Positions 1 to 9,066 are shown, counted from the first letter of the stretch. The stretch: 32,000 nucleotides of DNA from Thermoproteota archaeon (GCA_024720975.1 JANJXX010000007.1:3816-35815); one strand, 5' to 3'. Translations and numbers: made by a program. Notes: generated from the letters alone by a model not told the origin.

Positions 1-615
1 GGTGCGTACAAATACATACAAGCGTTCTGGGCTGACAAATCATCGGAGGAATTTACGAAAATAATGAGGGATCGGTTGATACAATGGAGGAAAGAAGCTG
101 CGGTCGTCAGAATAGAACGACCAACCAACATAACAAGAGCACGTAGGTTAGGGTGGAAGCCAAAGCAGGGGTTTATACTAGTTAGGGTTCGCGTCAGGAA
201 AGGTGGACAGAGAAAACAGAGACCCAGAGCTGGTAGAAAAAGTAAAAGGTTAGGAATTAAAGGTCATACTGTTGGAAAATCGCTTCAATGGATTGCTGAA
301 GAAAGGGCGGCTCGAAAATATCCCAACTGTGAAGTTCTAAATTCATATTGGGTAGGCGAGGATGGACAATATGTTTGGTATGAAGTTATTCTTGTTGAAT
401 CAAGCAACCCAGTAATACTAGCCGACAAAAACATAAACTGGATTGCCAGCAATAAGCATCGCGGGCGTGTCTTTCGTGGTTTAACATCGGCAGGCAAAAA
501 AGCTCGTGGTCTGAGAAATAAGGGCTTTGGTGCTGAAAAAGTCCGTCCATCGCGTAGAGCTAGGTTAAAGAGACAGGCAAGAAAGAAGCACCCAACAAAG
601 GTAAAATTCACCTAA
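1..615 (+). CDS. rpl15e: 50S ribosomal protein L15e (eL15), 5' end outside window
   Basis: Frame 1 is open from base 1 (GAYKYIQAFWADKSSEEFTKIM...). The translation shows the L15e pattern RPTNITRARRLGWKPKQGF..VRVRVRKGG and a very basic C-terminus. Confidence 0.9.
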   Translation, partial: GAYKYIQAFWADKSSEEFTKIMRDRLIQWRKEAAVVRIERPTNITRARRLGWKPKQGFILVRVRVRKGGQRKQRPRAGRKSKRLGIKGHTVGKSLQWIAEERAARKYPNCEVLNSYWVGEDGQYVWYEVILVESSNPVILADKNINWIASNKHRGRVFRGLTSAGKKARGLRNKGFGAEKVRPSRRARLKRQARKKHPTKVKFT

Positions 616-652
616 TTCTGGTGTCAAGCTCTTTGAAAGCGGTAAATTTGCA

Positions 653-1255
653 ATGTCTCATATTATTGTTCCTTTTAACACAAGGTTTTTAGTTACTTGT
701 CAACAACGCTATGAACTGGATGCTGCTTCAGAAGTTTGGCATTGTCTCTATGTTTCTGGTTATGGTGAAGATATAGAGGTACACTTTATAAGAAAGTACG
801 ATAGAGCAATAGCAGGACTTATTGCGATTGTCTTTAATGGCGACCCTATTGAAGCTATTGAAAAAATGCGGAATTACTTACTCAAAAAGCCCTGGATACT
901 TAGATACACGCACAAGATAATTCCAGTAGAATTTGTAACCAATTCTATTGATGCATTGTTAACATTCATTCATGATAAAGCTAGGCTTAGGATAAAAGAG
1001 GATGATCACTGGAGGATCTCCATTTCAAAAAGAGCCTCAAAAATCTCGTCAAAGAAACTGATTGAACAAATCGCCCACACTATAAGCTGGGGTAAGGTAT
1101 CTCTTCAAAATCCTCAGTGGATTGTAAATGTTGAAGTTGTAAGGGATGTATTTTTGGCTTCCCTAATAAAACCAGAATGGATAATTCACAAGAAGACACT
1201 TATGAACACTATCCTTAGAGTGAAGCCACTGGAATACGTAGACAGACCACCCTGA
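653..1255 (+). CDS. Conserved hypothetical protein, possibly a THUMP-like RNA-binding protein
   Basis: A 200-aa ORF lies 37 nt downstream of L15e on the same strand. The assignment rests on my memory of small THUMP-domain proteins next to rpl15e in archaea. I saw no diagnostic motif. Confidence 0.4.
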   Translation: MSHIIVPFNTRFLVTCQQRYELDAASEVWHCLYVSGYGEDIEVHFIRKYDRAIAGLIAIVFNGDPIEAIEKMRNYLLKKPWILRYTHKIIPVEFVTNSIDALLTFIHDKARLRIKEDDHWRISISKRASKISSKKLIEQIAHTISWGKVSLQNPQWIVNVEVVRDVFLASLIKPEWIIHKKTLMNTILRVKPLEYVDRPP

Positions 1256-1269
1256 CTGGAGAGAGTTAC

Positions 1270-1854
1270 TTAACGATACTCCCCTAACGCAATTGAGAGT
1301 GGAATTCGCAGCTTTGATTTAGTTTTAGCAAGTTTTTCATAAACCCTTATATACATCATAGCGACGCGCGGATAACCAAGCAAGTAGCTTACAATAGCAA
1401 GATTTAGAAGCACACTCATTATGTTGTATCTGTTATTGAGGAGAATTCGGAGGGCATTGTAAGCCAAATTTAAGTACCCAGTTTCGATGAGGACATCAGT
1501 AAGACCCGCAAGTAAATCAGGATTCATCTTAAGTGTGTCTATGATCTTTTCTCCGAGTCTATTAAATTGGATATCAAATCCAACTAAACAAACATTTTTC
1601 AAAAACTCAAGCCCAAGCTCGAAGCTTAGCGTGCTCGTTATGAGGTGCATTATAGTCCTTTCTATTTTCTCGTAGTGTCTAGTGATCTCCCTTAAGATGG
1701 CCCTCTTTTCGCATGTCTTTACGTTGGGCGTAAGAATGGCTGAAGCGAGATATTTGCTAATGTCAAGGATATTGAGAAAACTTGAGTAAATCTCCTTAGA
1801 ATCTACTTTTGGATATTCGCATAAAATATTCAAGAGGTTTTCAAAAGAACTCAA
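1270..1854 (-). CDS. Hypothetical all-helical protein
   Basis: A 194-aa ORF sits directly downstream of S19e on the same strand. I recognised no family. Confidence 0.5.
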   Translation of the reverse strand: MSSFENLLNILCEYPKVDSKEIYSSFLNILDISKYLASAILTPNVKTCEKRAILREITRHYEKIERTIMHLITSTLSFELGLEFLKNVCLVGFDIQFNRLGEKIIDTLKMNPDLLAGLTDVLIETGYLNLAYNALRILLNNRYNIMSVLLNLAIVSYLLGYPRVAMMYIRVYEKLAKTKSKLRIPLSIALGEYR

Positions 1855-1874
1855 GGCTATCCGGATTTTATCCT

Positions 1875-2345
1875 CTATTTTAGAATCCCCGATTCACGAG
1901 CTATGCGTGTAGCTATGCGATCAAGGAGGGAGCGTCCCGCGCGGGTTAGTCGGCGTCCGATACAAATCTGCTGAAGTTTTGGATGGGACTGGTAAACTTT
2001 TTCAACGAGCCCAGATTTCTCAAGCTGTTGCATTATCGTCCGGATGATTTTAGCCCCGGCTGGGGTTTTTATTTTTGGTCTATGTCCTCTATCTTTACAA
2101 CCTCCATAGTGATATCTTAACTCTCCAACGCCAGTTATTCTTCGCTTGTAAATTTGGTATAGTATCGATGCTGCCCGATAATACCACCAGTCAGGCTGGT
2201 CTGGAGATCTCTCCCTGTGGGCACCAGTTTTAACAAATTTAGCCCATTCAGGAGGAGTTATATCCTTTATGTTTTTGAGTTCATCTTTAAGCTTTTCAAT
2301 GAATACGCTTGGAGGGATATCATAAGGTGTAGCCATATAGTTCAC
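1875..2345 (-). CDS. rps19e: 30S ribosomal protein S19e (eS19)
   Basis: The translation MATPYDIPPSVFIEKL...PEWAKFVKTGAHRERSPDQPDWWYYRAASILYQIY...GG is the typical S19e pattern. The start may be the M at 2336. The annotated start overlaps the L44e stop by 4 nt. Confidence 0.9.
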   Translation of the reverse strand: MNYMATPYDIPPSVFIEKLKDELKNIKDITPPEWAKFVKTGAHRERSPDQPDWWYYRAASILYQIYKRRITGVGELRYHYGGCKDRGHRPKIKTPAGAKIIRTIMQQLEKSGLVEKVYQSHPKLQQICIGRRLTRAGRSLLDRIATRIARESGILK

Positions 2346-2644
2346 CTCTTAAGTTCAAGCTTCTTAATTCTCTGCCCGAGGGATCGGTGATGGGTTTTAC
2401 CGCATTCTGAGCACTTGAGAGTCAACACACCTTTTTTGGTGGTTTTCGCGTGTGTTTTGATTTGTGTTATAGGTTTCTTTGAATATCGACCCTTATTTCC
2501 ATGTCCTCTGCGTCGTCTCTCAGCTCTTCTTTGACCTTGTGATAGTGCTCTCCTCTTAGGTGCTGTTTTGTAAATCGAAACTGAGTGGTTCGTATGTTTG
2601 TTGCAGTGGGGACAGTATGTTCTTAAACTTTTGGGAATTAGCAT
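2342..2644 (-). CDS. rpl44e: 50S ribosomal protein L44e (eL42)
   Basis: MLIPKSLRTYCPHCNKHTNHSV...LKCSECGKTHH has the CxxC...CxxC zinc ribbon and basic core of L44e. I trimmed the ORF-track start (2758) to the internal ATG at 2644, which matches the family N-terminus. Confidence 0.9.
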   Translation of the reverse strand: MLIPKSLRTYCPHCNKHTNHSVSIYKTAPKRRALSQGQRRAERRRRGHGNKGRYSKKPITQIKTHAKTTKKGVLTLKCSECGKTHHRSLGQRIKKLELKR

Positions 2645-2764
2645 CAAAATCCCCCAGCAAATGCTTACTAACTCCATTAATAATTCAATGGATTTTAATA
2701 TCTTCACAAAGTACTGAAAATATTGATGCTTGTTATGTTCTAATAAAAACAGGTGCACATTATA

Positions 2765-3109
2765 ATGCTTGCTGAAGACGAAGAACTAGAATCACTAATG
2801 TTGCGAAGGAGACAGCAATTAGAGCAGGAAATGAGACGAAAAGCCGCTGAAGAAAGACGTGTGCAAGCTGAGCTACAACGGGAAAGCATTCTAAGACAAA
2901 TATTATCAAGCGAGGCTAGAGAGAGGTTAACACGTCTTAAGATGGTCCGCCCTCAGTTTGCGCGAGTTGTTGAGGATCATCTTATCGCACTTGCCCAAGC
3001 TGGACGTATTCAATCGATAATAACGGATGATCAATTAAAAGAGATTTTAAAGCAACTTTTAAAGCATTTCTCGGCAGGTAGTGGTAGGGTCGAAATAAGG
3101 CGGAAGTAA
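2765..3109 (+). CDS. PDCD5/TFAR19-like double-stranded DNA-binding protein
   Basis: LQRESILRQILSSEARERLTRLKMVRPQFARVVEDHLIALAQAGRI...ITDDQLKEIL matches the archaeal PDCD5-homolog pattern. The ATG at 2765 follows AGGTG at 2751-2755. The track start at 2753 is GTG. Confidence 0.8.
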   Translation: MLAEDEELESLMLRRRQQLEQEMRRKAAEERRVQAELQRESILRQILSSEARERLTRLKMVRPQFARVVEDHLIALAQAGRIQSIITDDQLKEILKQLLKHFSAGSGRVEIRRK

Positions 3110-3265
3110 ATGGCAAGGGTCAAGCCATTAGCCAAAAAAATTAGATTAGCAAGTGCTTCAAAGTCGAATAGAATGCCCCCTCTATTCGTTAGAATTAAGA
3201 CCAACTTTAGAGTCATAAGATCACCAGCACAACGCAATTGGAGAAGAGTAAAGATTAAGCCATGA
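3110..3265 (+). CDS. rpl39e: 50S ribosomal protein L39e (eL39), 51 aa, below the ORF-track cutoff
   Basis: My translation is MARVKPLAKKIRLASASKSNRMPPLFVRIKTNFRVIRSPAQRNWRRVKIKP*. The ATG comes immediately after the PDCD5-like stop. The gene sits just before L31e, which is the usual L39e-L31e order. Confidence 0.85.
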   Translation: MARVKPLAKKIRLASASKSNRMPPLFVRIKTNFRVIRSPAQRNWRRVKIKP

Positions 3266-3276
3266 GGTGTTAGTAC

Positions 3277-3819
3277 ATGGCGGCTCAAGATTCAAGAATC
3301 GAAGAAGAATCTGAAATTGAGAAGAAGAAAGAATCTGTTGAGGAAATCTCTCGAAAACGGATGCAAAAGAGAGGGATCCGCAAGAGGGGCCCGGGAAAAA
3401 TGTCAGACATAATCACGGACAAATACAAGGACTATGACGACGAGCGCTTTATTACACTTCATTTCTCTCCAGATCTACTCAAAAAAGCTCCTAGATGGAG
3501 GCGTGCTCAAAGAGTAGCTAAGTATGTACGTGAATTTGTCATAAAGTACGTTAAACACATAGAGGGCACGATCGAGAGCGAAGGCGGCATTAAAAGACGG
3601 ATGAAACTAAGAATCTTGGAACACAGGGTTTGGCTTAGTCCTGAAATAAATGAGGTAATATGGTCAAGAGGAGCAGAAAATCCACCTAAGAAGCTAAGGC
3701 TTCGCATTCTGGCAAAAGTTGAGGAAGTAATTCGCGACGCTGAACAAAGACCCATAGGGTTCAAGGCTGAACTGCGGGTATTCCCGGCAATATCAAAATT
3801 AGCACCAAGTGGAGAGTAG
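3277..3819 (+). CDS. rpl31e: 50S ribosomal protein L31e (eL31) with N-terminal Glu/Lys-rich extension
   Basis: The core ERFITLHFSPDLLKKAPRWRRAQRVAKYVREF...VWLSPEINEVIWSRGAENPPKKLRLRI fits L31e. The ORF is 180 aa, against the roughly 90 aa I recall as typical. An alternative start is the ATG at 3400. Confidence 0.85.
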   Translation: MAAQDSRIEEESEIEKKKESVEEISRKRMQKRGIRKRGPGKMSDIITDKYKDYDDERFITLHFSPDLLKKAPRWRRAQRVAKYVREFVIKYVKHIEGTIESEGGIKRRMKLRILEHRVWLSPEINEVIWSRGAENPPKKLRLRILAKVEEVIRDAEQRPIGFKAELRVFPAISKLAPSGE

Positions 3820-3821
3820 CT

Positions 3822-4370
3822 TTGTCATTGGACGAAACCAGTATTGATGAATGGCTCGGTTACATAAGGAAAAGAATAGAAGAAATAAACGCACTGATAG
3901 ATAGACTCGAGAGGATAATTAAACATTATGAAAAACGTAGGTCTAAAGTAATTGATAGAGACATTTATAAACTTGAAGCAGTGATCGAGGAAGCTGATGG
4001 CGAGCTGGAAGTTAGAATCTACATGGCACCAAAAATTGACATAGACCCGAAGTATCTGTTTGCGATATATTTCACAGACTTCTTTCCAGAACTACCAACA
4101 TTCTTGTTAGATCCAAGTAAAAGCAGAATTCTTGCAAATAGGGTAGTATTATTCTTTAGGGTCCTACCAGATCTTTTTGATGCCGACATCCCGCGGCGAT
4201 TAGCGAAGATAGATAAATTTTGGAGAAGAATTAGTGACCCAAACGTAAGAGCAGAGCTTGATGGAATTCTATCAGAGCTCTTTGAGCTCATCAAAAAAAC
4301 GGATCCCGACTCTCAGCGAAGGGTAAGTTTGCTAAAAATGAAAGTGAATGACATACTACTTTACGAGTGA
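3822..4370 (+). CDS. Hypothetical protein
   Basis: A 182-aa ORF with a TTG start lies 2 nt after the L31e stop. I recognised no family. It is not aIF6, which often follows L31e. Confidence 0.5.
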   Translation: MSLDETSIDEWLGYIRKRIEEINALIDRLERIIKHYEKRRSKVIDRDIYKLEAVIEEADGELEVRIYMAPKIDIDPKYLFAIYFTDFFPELPTFLLDPSKSRILANRVVLFFRVLPDLFDADIPRRLAKIDKFWRRISDPNVRAELDGILSELFELIKKTDPDSQRRVSLLKMKVNDILLYE

Positions 4371-4404
4371 GCATACGACATTCTATAGAAGAGTGACTCT
4401 GAAC

Positions 4405-4411
4405 TTTTTTT
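4405..4411 (+). terminator. Oligo-T tract, candidate archaeal terminator
   Basis: A T7 run lies 35 nt after the stop of the 3822-4370 ORF. Confidence 0.4.
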
Positions 4412-4505
4412 GGGCGCATTTTGCTGCTGAAGCTTATCAGATAGTTCGCCTCTGAATTGCTACTTTATATCAGTATTTTTTGTTTGTTAGTAGGTGCTGA
4501 GAAAG

Positions 4506-5393
4506 ATGACTACATGTGTCATCCCAGCTGCTGGGTATGGAACTAGACTATTACCTGTGACGCGTTTCCTTCCTAAAGCTGTTTTACCTCTGGGAACAAT
4601 GCCGATCATAGTAGACATCTTATGGGAGGCCTATCGAGCAGGGATACAAGATGTGATTTTGATAACACACTGGAGAGAGAAAATCGTGGAGGAGATATTT
4701 CAAGATGATTCTGGGGAATTAATCCAATGGCTTAAGCAGAGAGGTCGCAATGATCTCGTTGAAAAACTAGTGAATTGTCTACCGAAGTTAAATCTGATTT
4801 TCTTGCATCAACCAAAACTCAATGGCCTAGGAGGTGCGATATTGCTAGCGGAGAGGTACATCGAAGACATTTTTGTGGTTATGTTAGCTGACAATGTAAT
4901 AATTGAAGTCGAAAAAGGGAGTCTAATTGAAGAAATGCTTAAAGTGCAGAAGTCGACAAAGGCTTCTACAGTATTATCAACTGCAAAAATTGACTGGAAA
5001 GACGTTTCCAGATTTGGCGTGATAAAATTTAGCAAAATTGAGACGATTGATAATGTAAGAGTTTATTGTATTGAGGATCTGATTGAAAAGCCACCACCGG
5101 AAAGTGCTCCTAGTAACTTTGCTATCGTTGGGCGTTATGTGCTCACGCCCGAGATCTTTGATTATCTCCGACAGGTACCAGAGGAAAAAGGAGAGATCGA
5201 TGAAACGAAGGCTTTTAAAATGCAACTCGTTGATGGTAAAAAAATCATCGCGATCGATTTGGATTATCGAAAGTGGTTTGATGTCGGTAATATAGAGGGG
5301 TATTTTAAGGCATTCCTAGCGTTTATACTACGAAAAGAAGGGGAAGACAAGGTTGAGCAGTGGATTCGAGAAGTCTGCGAGCCTGCTCATTGA
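4506..5393 (+). CDS. Sugar-1-phosphate nucleotidyltransferase (UTP-glucose-1-phosphate uridylyltransferase-like)
   Basis: The N-terminus MTTCVIPAAGYGTRLLPVTRFLPKAVLPL is the G-rich nucleotidyltransferase signature. The ATG at 4506 follows GGTG at 4493-4496. Confidence 0.75.
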   Translation: MTTCVIPAAGYGTRLLPVTRFLPKAVLPLGTMPIIVDILWEAYRAGIQDVILITHWREKIVEEIFQDDSGELIQWLKQRGRNDLVEKLVNCLPKLNLIFLHQPKLNGLGGAILLAERYIEDIFVVMLADNVIIEVEKGSLIEEMLKVQKSTKASTVLSTAKIDWKDVSRFGVIKFSKIETIDNVRVYCIEDLIEKPPPESAPSNFAIVGRYVLTPEIFDYLRQVPEEKGEIDETKAFKMQLVDGKKIIAIDLDYRKWFDVGNIEGYFKAFLAFILRKEGEDKVEQWIREVCEPAH

Positions 5394-6138
5394 TAGTATA
5401 GTTCCGATATCCCTAAACGACGTCGTAGGTGAAGTAAGTTTTGTTATATTCTTCTGTGGGTGCAATTTTAGATGTCCTTACTGCCAAAACTGGCCAATCA
5501 TCGAGCAAGCGAATAGAATATGCAGTGTTAAGCACGTAGATGTAATAATAAAAGAAATTGAGGGTTTCAAAAAATTTATCTCTTATGTGCAGGCGAGCGG
5601 AGGAGAACCCACACTCCAGGCAGACTCAATAAAGATTCTCTTCCAGCGCGTAAGATCAGAAAATTTAAAAACATCACTAAACACTAACGGCTCGAATCCC
5701 ATTGCAATTAATGATCTTATCAGAAGCCAACTTTTGGATCATTTAGCAATGGACATAAAAACAAGCTTGAATCCAGAAAAATATGCCAAGGCAATAGGAT
5801 TGCCCATCGAGATATCAAAGGCTTACATAGAAAGAATCGTGAAAACGCTTGAAATCGCAAGCAAGATGGACTTTATAGAGGTGAGGACAACGTACGTACC
5901 AGGACTTGTTTGTGAGAGCGATCTCATCGAGGTAGCAGACACGCTTGCCTCATATCTCTCTAAAAAGAGGCACTTTTACGTAATTCAGCAATATGTTCCT
6001 AATCAGAACGCACCCGATCCAAAATTTAGAAAGGGAAATATACTAGATCACAGCAAGCTGCAGGAAATTGCCTTAAAAGTACGAGAGAAGTTACCGAATG
6101 TTGTACTCAGACATATGGGTGGAGTAGAGTATCTCTAG
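5353..6138 (+). CDS. Radical SAM protein, PflA/NrdG-like activating-enzyme family
   Basis: CGCNFRCPYCQN is a CxxxCxxC radical-SAM cluster motif near the N-terminus, followed by GGEPTL. The start is uncertain. TTG at 5353 overlaps the previous gene by 41 nt. Confidence 0.75.
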   Translation: MSSGFEKSASLLIDSIVPISLNDVVGEVSFVIFFCGCNFRCPYCQNWPIIEQANRICSVKHVDVIIKEIEGFKKFISYVQASGGEPTLQADSIKILFQRVRSENLKTSLNTNGSNPIAINDLIRSQLLDHLAMDIKTSLNPEKYAKAIGLPIEISKAYIERIVKTLEIASKMDFIEVRTTYVPGLVCESDLIEVADTLASYLSKKRHFYVIQQYVPNQNAPDPKFRKGNILDHSKLQEIALKVREKLPNVVLRHMGGVEYL

Positions 6139-6140
6139 AG

Positions 6141-6197
6141 AGGATCAGCGCTCCAGACTTGTCATCATGAATCAGAAGCGCCTTCTCATCACGAATT
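6141..6197 (-). ncRNA. C/D box sRNA (2'-O-methylation guide)
   Basis: The minus strand reads GTGATGA (C, 6186-6192), a 10-nt guide, CTGA (D', 6172-6175), TTC, ATGATGA (C', 6162-6168), a 13-nt guide, then CTGA (D, 6145-6148). It starts about 4 nt after the 3' end of tRNA-Glu on the same strand. Confidence 0.7.
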
Positions 6198-6200
6198 AGA

Positions 6201-6275
6201 TGCCCCGGGCGGGATTTGAACCCGCGATCTCCGGCTTGAGAGGCCGGAATGCTTGGCCGACTACACCACCGGGGC
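6201..6275 (-). tRNA. tRNA-Glu (anticodon CUC)
   Basis: The reverse complement GCCCCGGTGGTGTAGTCGGCCAAGCATTCCGGCCTCTCAAGCCGGAGATCGCGGGTTCAAATCCCGCCCGGGGCA folds as a cloverleaf. It has a 7-bp acceptor stem, anticodon loop CTCTCAA and a GTTCAAATC T-loop. CCA is not encoded. Confidence 0.9.
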
Positions 6276-6358
6276 TTCAACGCTCCACCAGTAGTTTAAA
6301 ACTATATCATTACTAACATTTTTAAAGAGTACGGTTACAACTCTTTGTGTGTTATCGA

Positions 6359-8302
6359 TTAATGCTCTAAAAATTGTCTGGCGTTTGTTAAAATCTCCCT
6401 CAGCTGCCTATTACCTTTATATGGCTCATATACTTGCCACGGAACTTTTGGATAGAAAAATCTAGAGTACTTCCCATATCGGCGATCGAGGATAAATACT
6501 ACTCCGCGGTCTTTCTCGCTTCTAATTAATCTTCCTGTAGCTTGTAGAACCCTACGAAGCATGGGCGAAATTATAGTGATGAATACTGCTAAATTATGAT
6601 TCTGAAGAATTCGTTCGTAATACTCTCGCCTCTTGATCAGATAAACGTTGTATTCTGGAAATGGCAAACCTGCGATTATTACGACCCTAATTAAGGTTTT
6701 TCCTCGATGCGTATAGTCAATGCCTTCAGCAAATTTTCCTCCCGCCACAGCGAAGATTACTGCGTTAGTTTCTAATAACAACTGTACTAGAGTAGATAGC
6801 TTCGTCTTCTTTTTCTCAGTAATTATTGTCCTTTGAATGGGACCCAGTAACTGATGAATCGAGTTCATGATTGTGTAGCTAGGAAATAGTACTAGGATTC
6901 CTACGTGAGGGATTTCACTTATAATTGTTCTTATCCTCTCAGCATACATTTGCAGCATCAGTGGTGTACGCTCAGAATACTTTGTACTAAGTTCCGTATC
7001 TACGTACACTCTCAGATTGTTCGGTGGAAATGGACTGGGAAGAACTATTGTCTCTGTGCGGTTGTAGAGGGGCTCCGTATTAAGTCCTAAGGAGATGCGG
7101 TAGTATTCAACAGGATGTAAGCTTCCAGATAGCAGCACAACACTCTTTATTTGCTGGATTATATCTTTCGCAGGCTTTGAAGGATCCAGAAGAATTAACC
7201 GATACAGATAATGTTGTTTCCCCTTTGCGTTCAGTGGTTCAATTGTAGTAATGTGTGACTCATCGGTGTAGTTCCTGGCGTAATAATCAATAAAATCGTA
7301 CACTCGTAATAATTGTGATGCTAAATCTGGAACTTCTCTAAGTAATACATACGAGGCCTCAACTAGGCTTTCGATACCTCTAAAGTCCATTGAGGAAATA
7401 ATATCGGAGATGTCGACTTCGACTGCATTGCGTGGAGCTATTTCTGAGCCTTTTCGTTCTAGCTCTTCAAGTAACGTACGTGTAATATCTAGAGCTGTTT
7501 CAAAAACTTCAGACGAAACTTCTCCTTTTGAAGTAACGTTTATCCTCTCAAGCTTTTCATATATGAACCCAAGAGTCCGTGTGCTTAATTTCTTAGTGTG
7601 GGTGCTTATGATAAAATCGGGCAAATTATGGGCTTCGTCAATAACAACCCTTAGATCAGAAGTAGTCGTGTCTATGCTGAGAAGAAAATTTTCCCTGACC
7701 GCATCATCAAAGATATATGAGTAAGTTCCTACTATTATATTGGAGATTCGACATAGGTAGCGTGCCAGTTCATATGGGCACAGCTGGTTTCTCACTCCAG
7801 CTTTGAATATTCTTATTGCAGTAGCACCACGTTCCAGTAATCTTAATGCTACGTTAGTATGCTGGGGGGTATATGCACTTCCGCGGAAGCTTGTCTCAAA
7901 GTATGGGCATTTGCCTGTGCGTTTAAGCGCTTCGCAAATCTTAATAAATACGCCATAAGGGACTGCTTGTAATTTTCTAGATTCGCTAACGACTGCACAA
8001 AGCTCCTGTTTAGATCTGATGAAGGTGTATGTCACATCAGGTAATCTTTTTCTTAGAGCCAAAAGTTCCTTAGCGTAGATTTTAGCCTGGCTTTTCGTGC
8101 GCGTGCATATGAATAATTTAGATCGAGGATTAAGCAGATGTCCAGCAAGAACAGCTATCGACTTTCCGAGGCCAGTAGCTGCATAAGCTAAACCCACTTT
8201 CTCCTTGTCAAATACATCGAAGATGAATTCAATAAGCTGTTTTTGATAAGGTCTATAAGACGGATAGGGAAAAACATCATCGAGTCTTCGCATTGAATTC
8301 AC
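6359..8302 (-). CDS. xpd: XPD/Rad3-family 5'-3' DNA helicase (DinG superfamily)
   Basis: It has Walker A AATGLGKS and the DEAH box VIDEAHNL. Four Cys residues spaced as in an FeS domain lie between them (ELCAV, KICEAL, GKCPYF, QLCPYE). At 647 aa the size fits the family. Confidence 0.85.
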   Translation of the reverse strand: MNSMRRLDDVFPYPSYRPYQKQLIEFIFDVFDKEKVGLAYAATGLGKSIAVLAGHLLNPRSKLFICTRTKSQAKIYAKELLALRKRLPDVTYTFIRSKQELCAVVSESRKLQAVPYGVFIKICEALKRTGKCPYFETSFRGSAYTPQHTNVALRLLERGATAIRIFKAGVRNQLCPYELARYLCRISNIIVGTYSYIFDDAVRENFLLSIDTTTSDLRVVIDEAHNLPDFIISTHTKKLSTRTLGFIYEKLERINVTSKGEVSSEVFETALDITRTLLEELERKGSEIAPRNAVEVDISDIISSMDFRGIESLVEASYVLLREVPDLASQLLRVYDFIDYYARNYTDESHITTIEPLNAKGKQHYLYRLILLDPSKPAKDIIQQIKSVVLLSGSLHPVEYYRISLGLNTEPLYNRTETIVLPSPFPPNNLRVYVDTELSTKYSERTPLMLQMYAERIRTIISEIPHVGILVLFPSYTIMNSIHQLLGPIQRTIITEKKKTKLSTLVQLLLETNAVIFAVAGGKFAEGIDYTHRGKTLIRVVIIAGLPFPEYNVYLIKRREYYERILQNHNLAVFITIISPMLRRVLQATGRLIRSEKDRGVVFILDRRYGKYSRFFYPKVPWQVYEPYKGNRQLREILTNARQFLEH

Positions 8303-8324
8303 GTGGATCGATATTATAACCTAA

Positions 8325-8337
8325 AATTTATAAATAA
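8325..8337. promoter_or_regulatory. Near-palindromic TATA-like element in a divergent intergenic region
   Basis: AAATTTATAAATA lies between the divergent XPD gene (minus) and the 8448 ORF (plus). Confidence 0.35.
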
Positions 8338-8447
8338 GTGACTTATTTAGCAGTAATAATGTTGCAGCACAAAATCGCTTGTGATTAGAGTATCTACCAG
8401 CCCATGGAAGCAGTAGTCTAGTTGCTAAAAATTAGTTGTGATTTAAC

Positions 8448-8966
8448 ATGACAAAAAGCAATCGATTCTCTCTCGAGGAAGCTGATCAAATAATTGAAGG
8501 TGCGCTCAGAAAATTTCTTCAAGATAAATACAAACTCTTCGTCATAAAAGTAAAGCCTGGCCTATATTTTATACTGTCCGTTGAGTTCTATTTCCCACCC
8601 GCTCTTGTATCAATAGAATCAGATCCATATGACCGCAACAAGGCATCCTATGCTGTAGTCTCATTACGCATACCCGTACCCTGTGAATTTCTTCCGGAAG
8701 CATTGATGCTCATACGCAATGTAATGATCTTTGAAGTTGAGCAATTACCAATAGGAAGTGGAGACAAGAAGATGTGCTTTCTAAATGTTGGTCTTAAAAT
8801 TCACATTACAAGTATAGCAAGCGATCCAAACTGGTTCATATACATGTTAGCATGTGTCTTGAGGGCGCCTCTAAACATATATCCAAGGCTGCAAGAAAGA
8901 ACTGCCGAGGAATTCAGCCGCTTGGAGGAAGCTAGGAAAGAATATGATGACTCCATGATATGGTGA
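8448..8966 (+). CDS. Hypothetical protein
   Basis: A 172-aa ORF. I recognised no family. Confidence 0.5.
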   Translation: MTKSNRFSLEEADQIIEGALRKFLQDKYKLFVIKVKPGLYFILSVEFYFPPALVSIESDPYDRNKASYAVVSLRIPVPCEFLPEALMLIRNVMIFEVEQLPIGSGDKKMCFLNVGLKIHITSIASDPNWFIYMLACVLRAPLNIYPRLQERTAEEFSRLEEARKEYDDSMIW

Positions 8967-9066
8967 AATGTACTCAAATTTTTATTTGGCAATTTGGCTG
9001 TTTGTGATTATATGGCATAGATTTAGGTCTGTACACTAAGTGACACAGCCAGTAGGTGCGCAGAAA

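Noticed and set aside
285-611. Antisense or shadow ORFs inside well-supported genes. Examples: 285-611, 1487-1675, 3507-3764, 4019-4294, 6905-7090, 7410-7724, 10507-10866, 15969-16355, 19431-19829, 25711-25965, 27717-27953, 31482-31745.
   Set aside because: Each lies wholly within a longer ORF on the opposite strand or in another frame that has clear family motifs. Their translations are low-complexity, with Ser/Leu/Phe-rich shadow-frame composition.
2645-2758. Long N-terminal extension of the L44e ORF (MHLFLLEHNKHQYF...)
   Set aside because: The family N-terminus (M..PK..RTYCP.C) aligns with the internal ATG at 2644. The extension would also run into the divergent promoter region.
4272-4294. 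Minus-strand TTGATGA, 12 nt, then CTGA inside the 3822-4370 ORF
   Set aside because: The 12-nt guide is part of a GAGCTC...GAGCTC palindrome. No C'/D pair follows, and it lies inside a CDS.
8944-8975. ATGATGA followed 12 nt later by GTGA at the end of the 8448-8966 ORF, a possible C/D sRNA
   Set aside because: There is no CTGA D' or D box and no second C'/D pair. It is a single box match inside a coding sequence.
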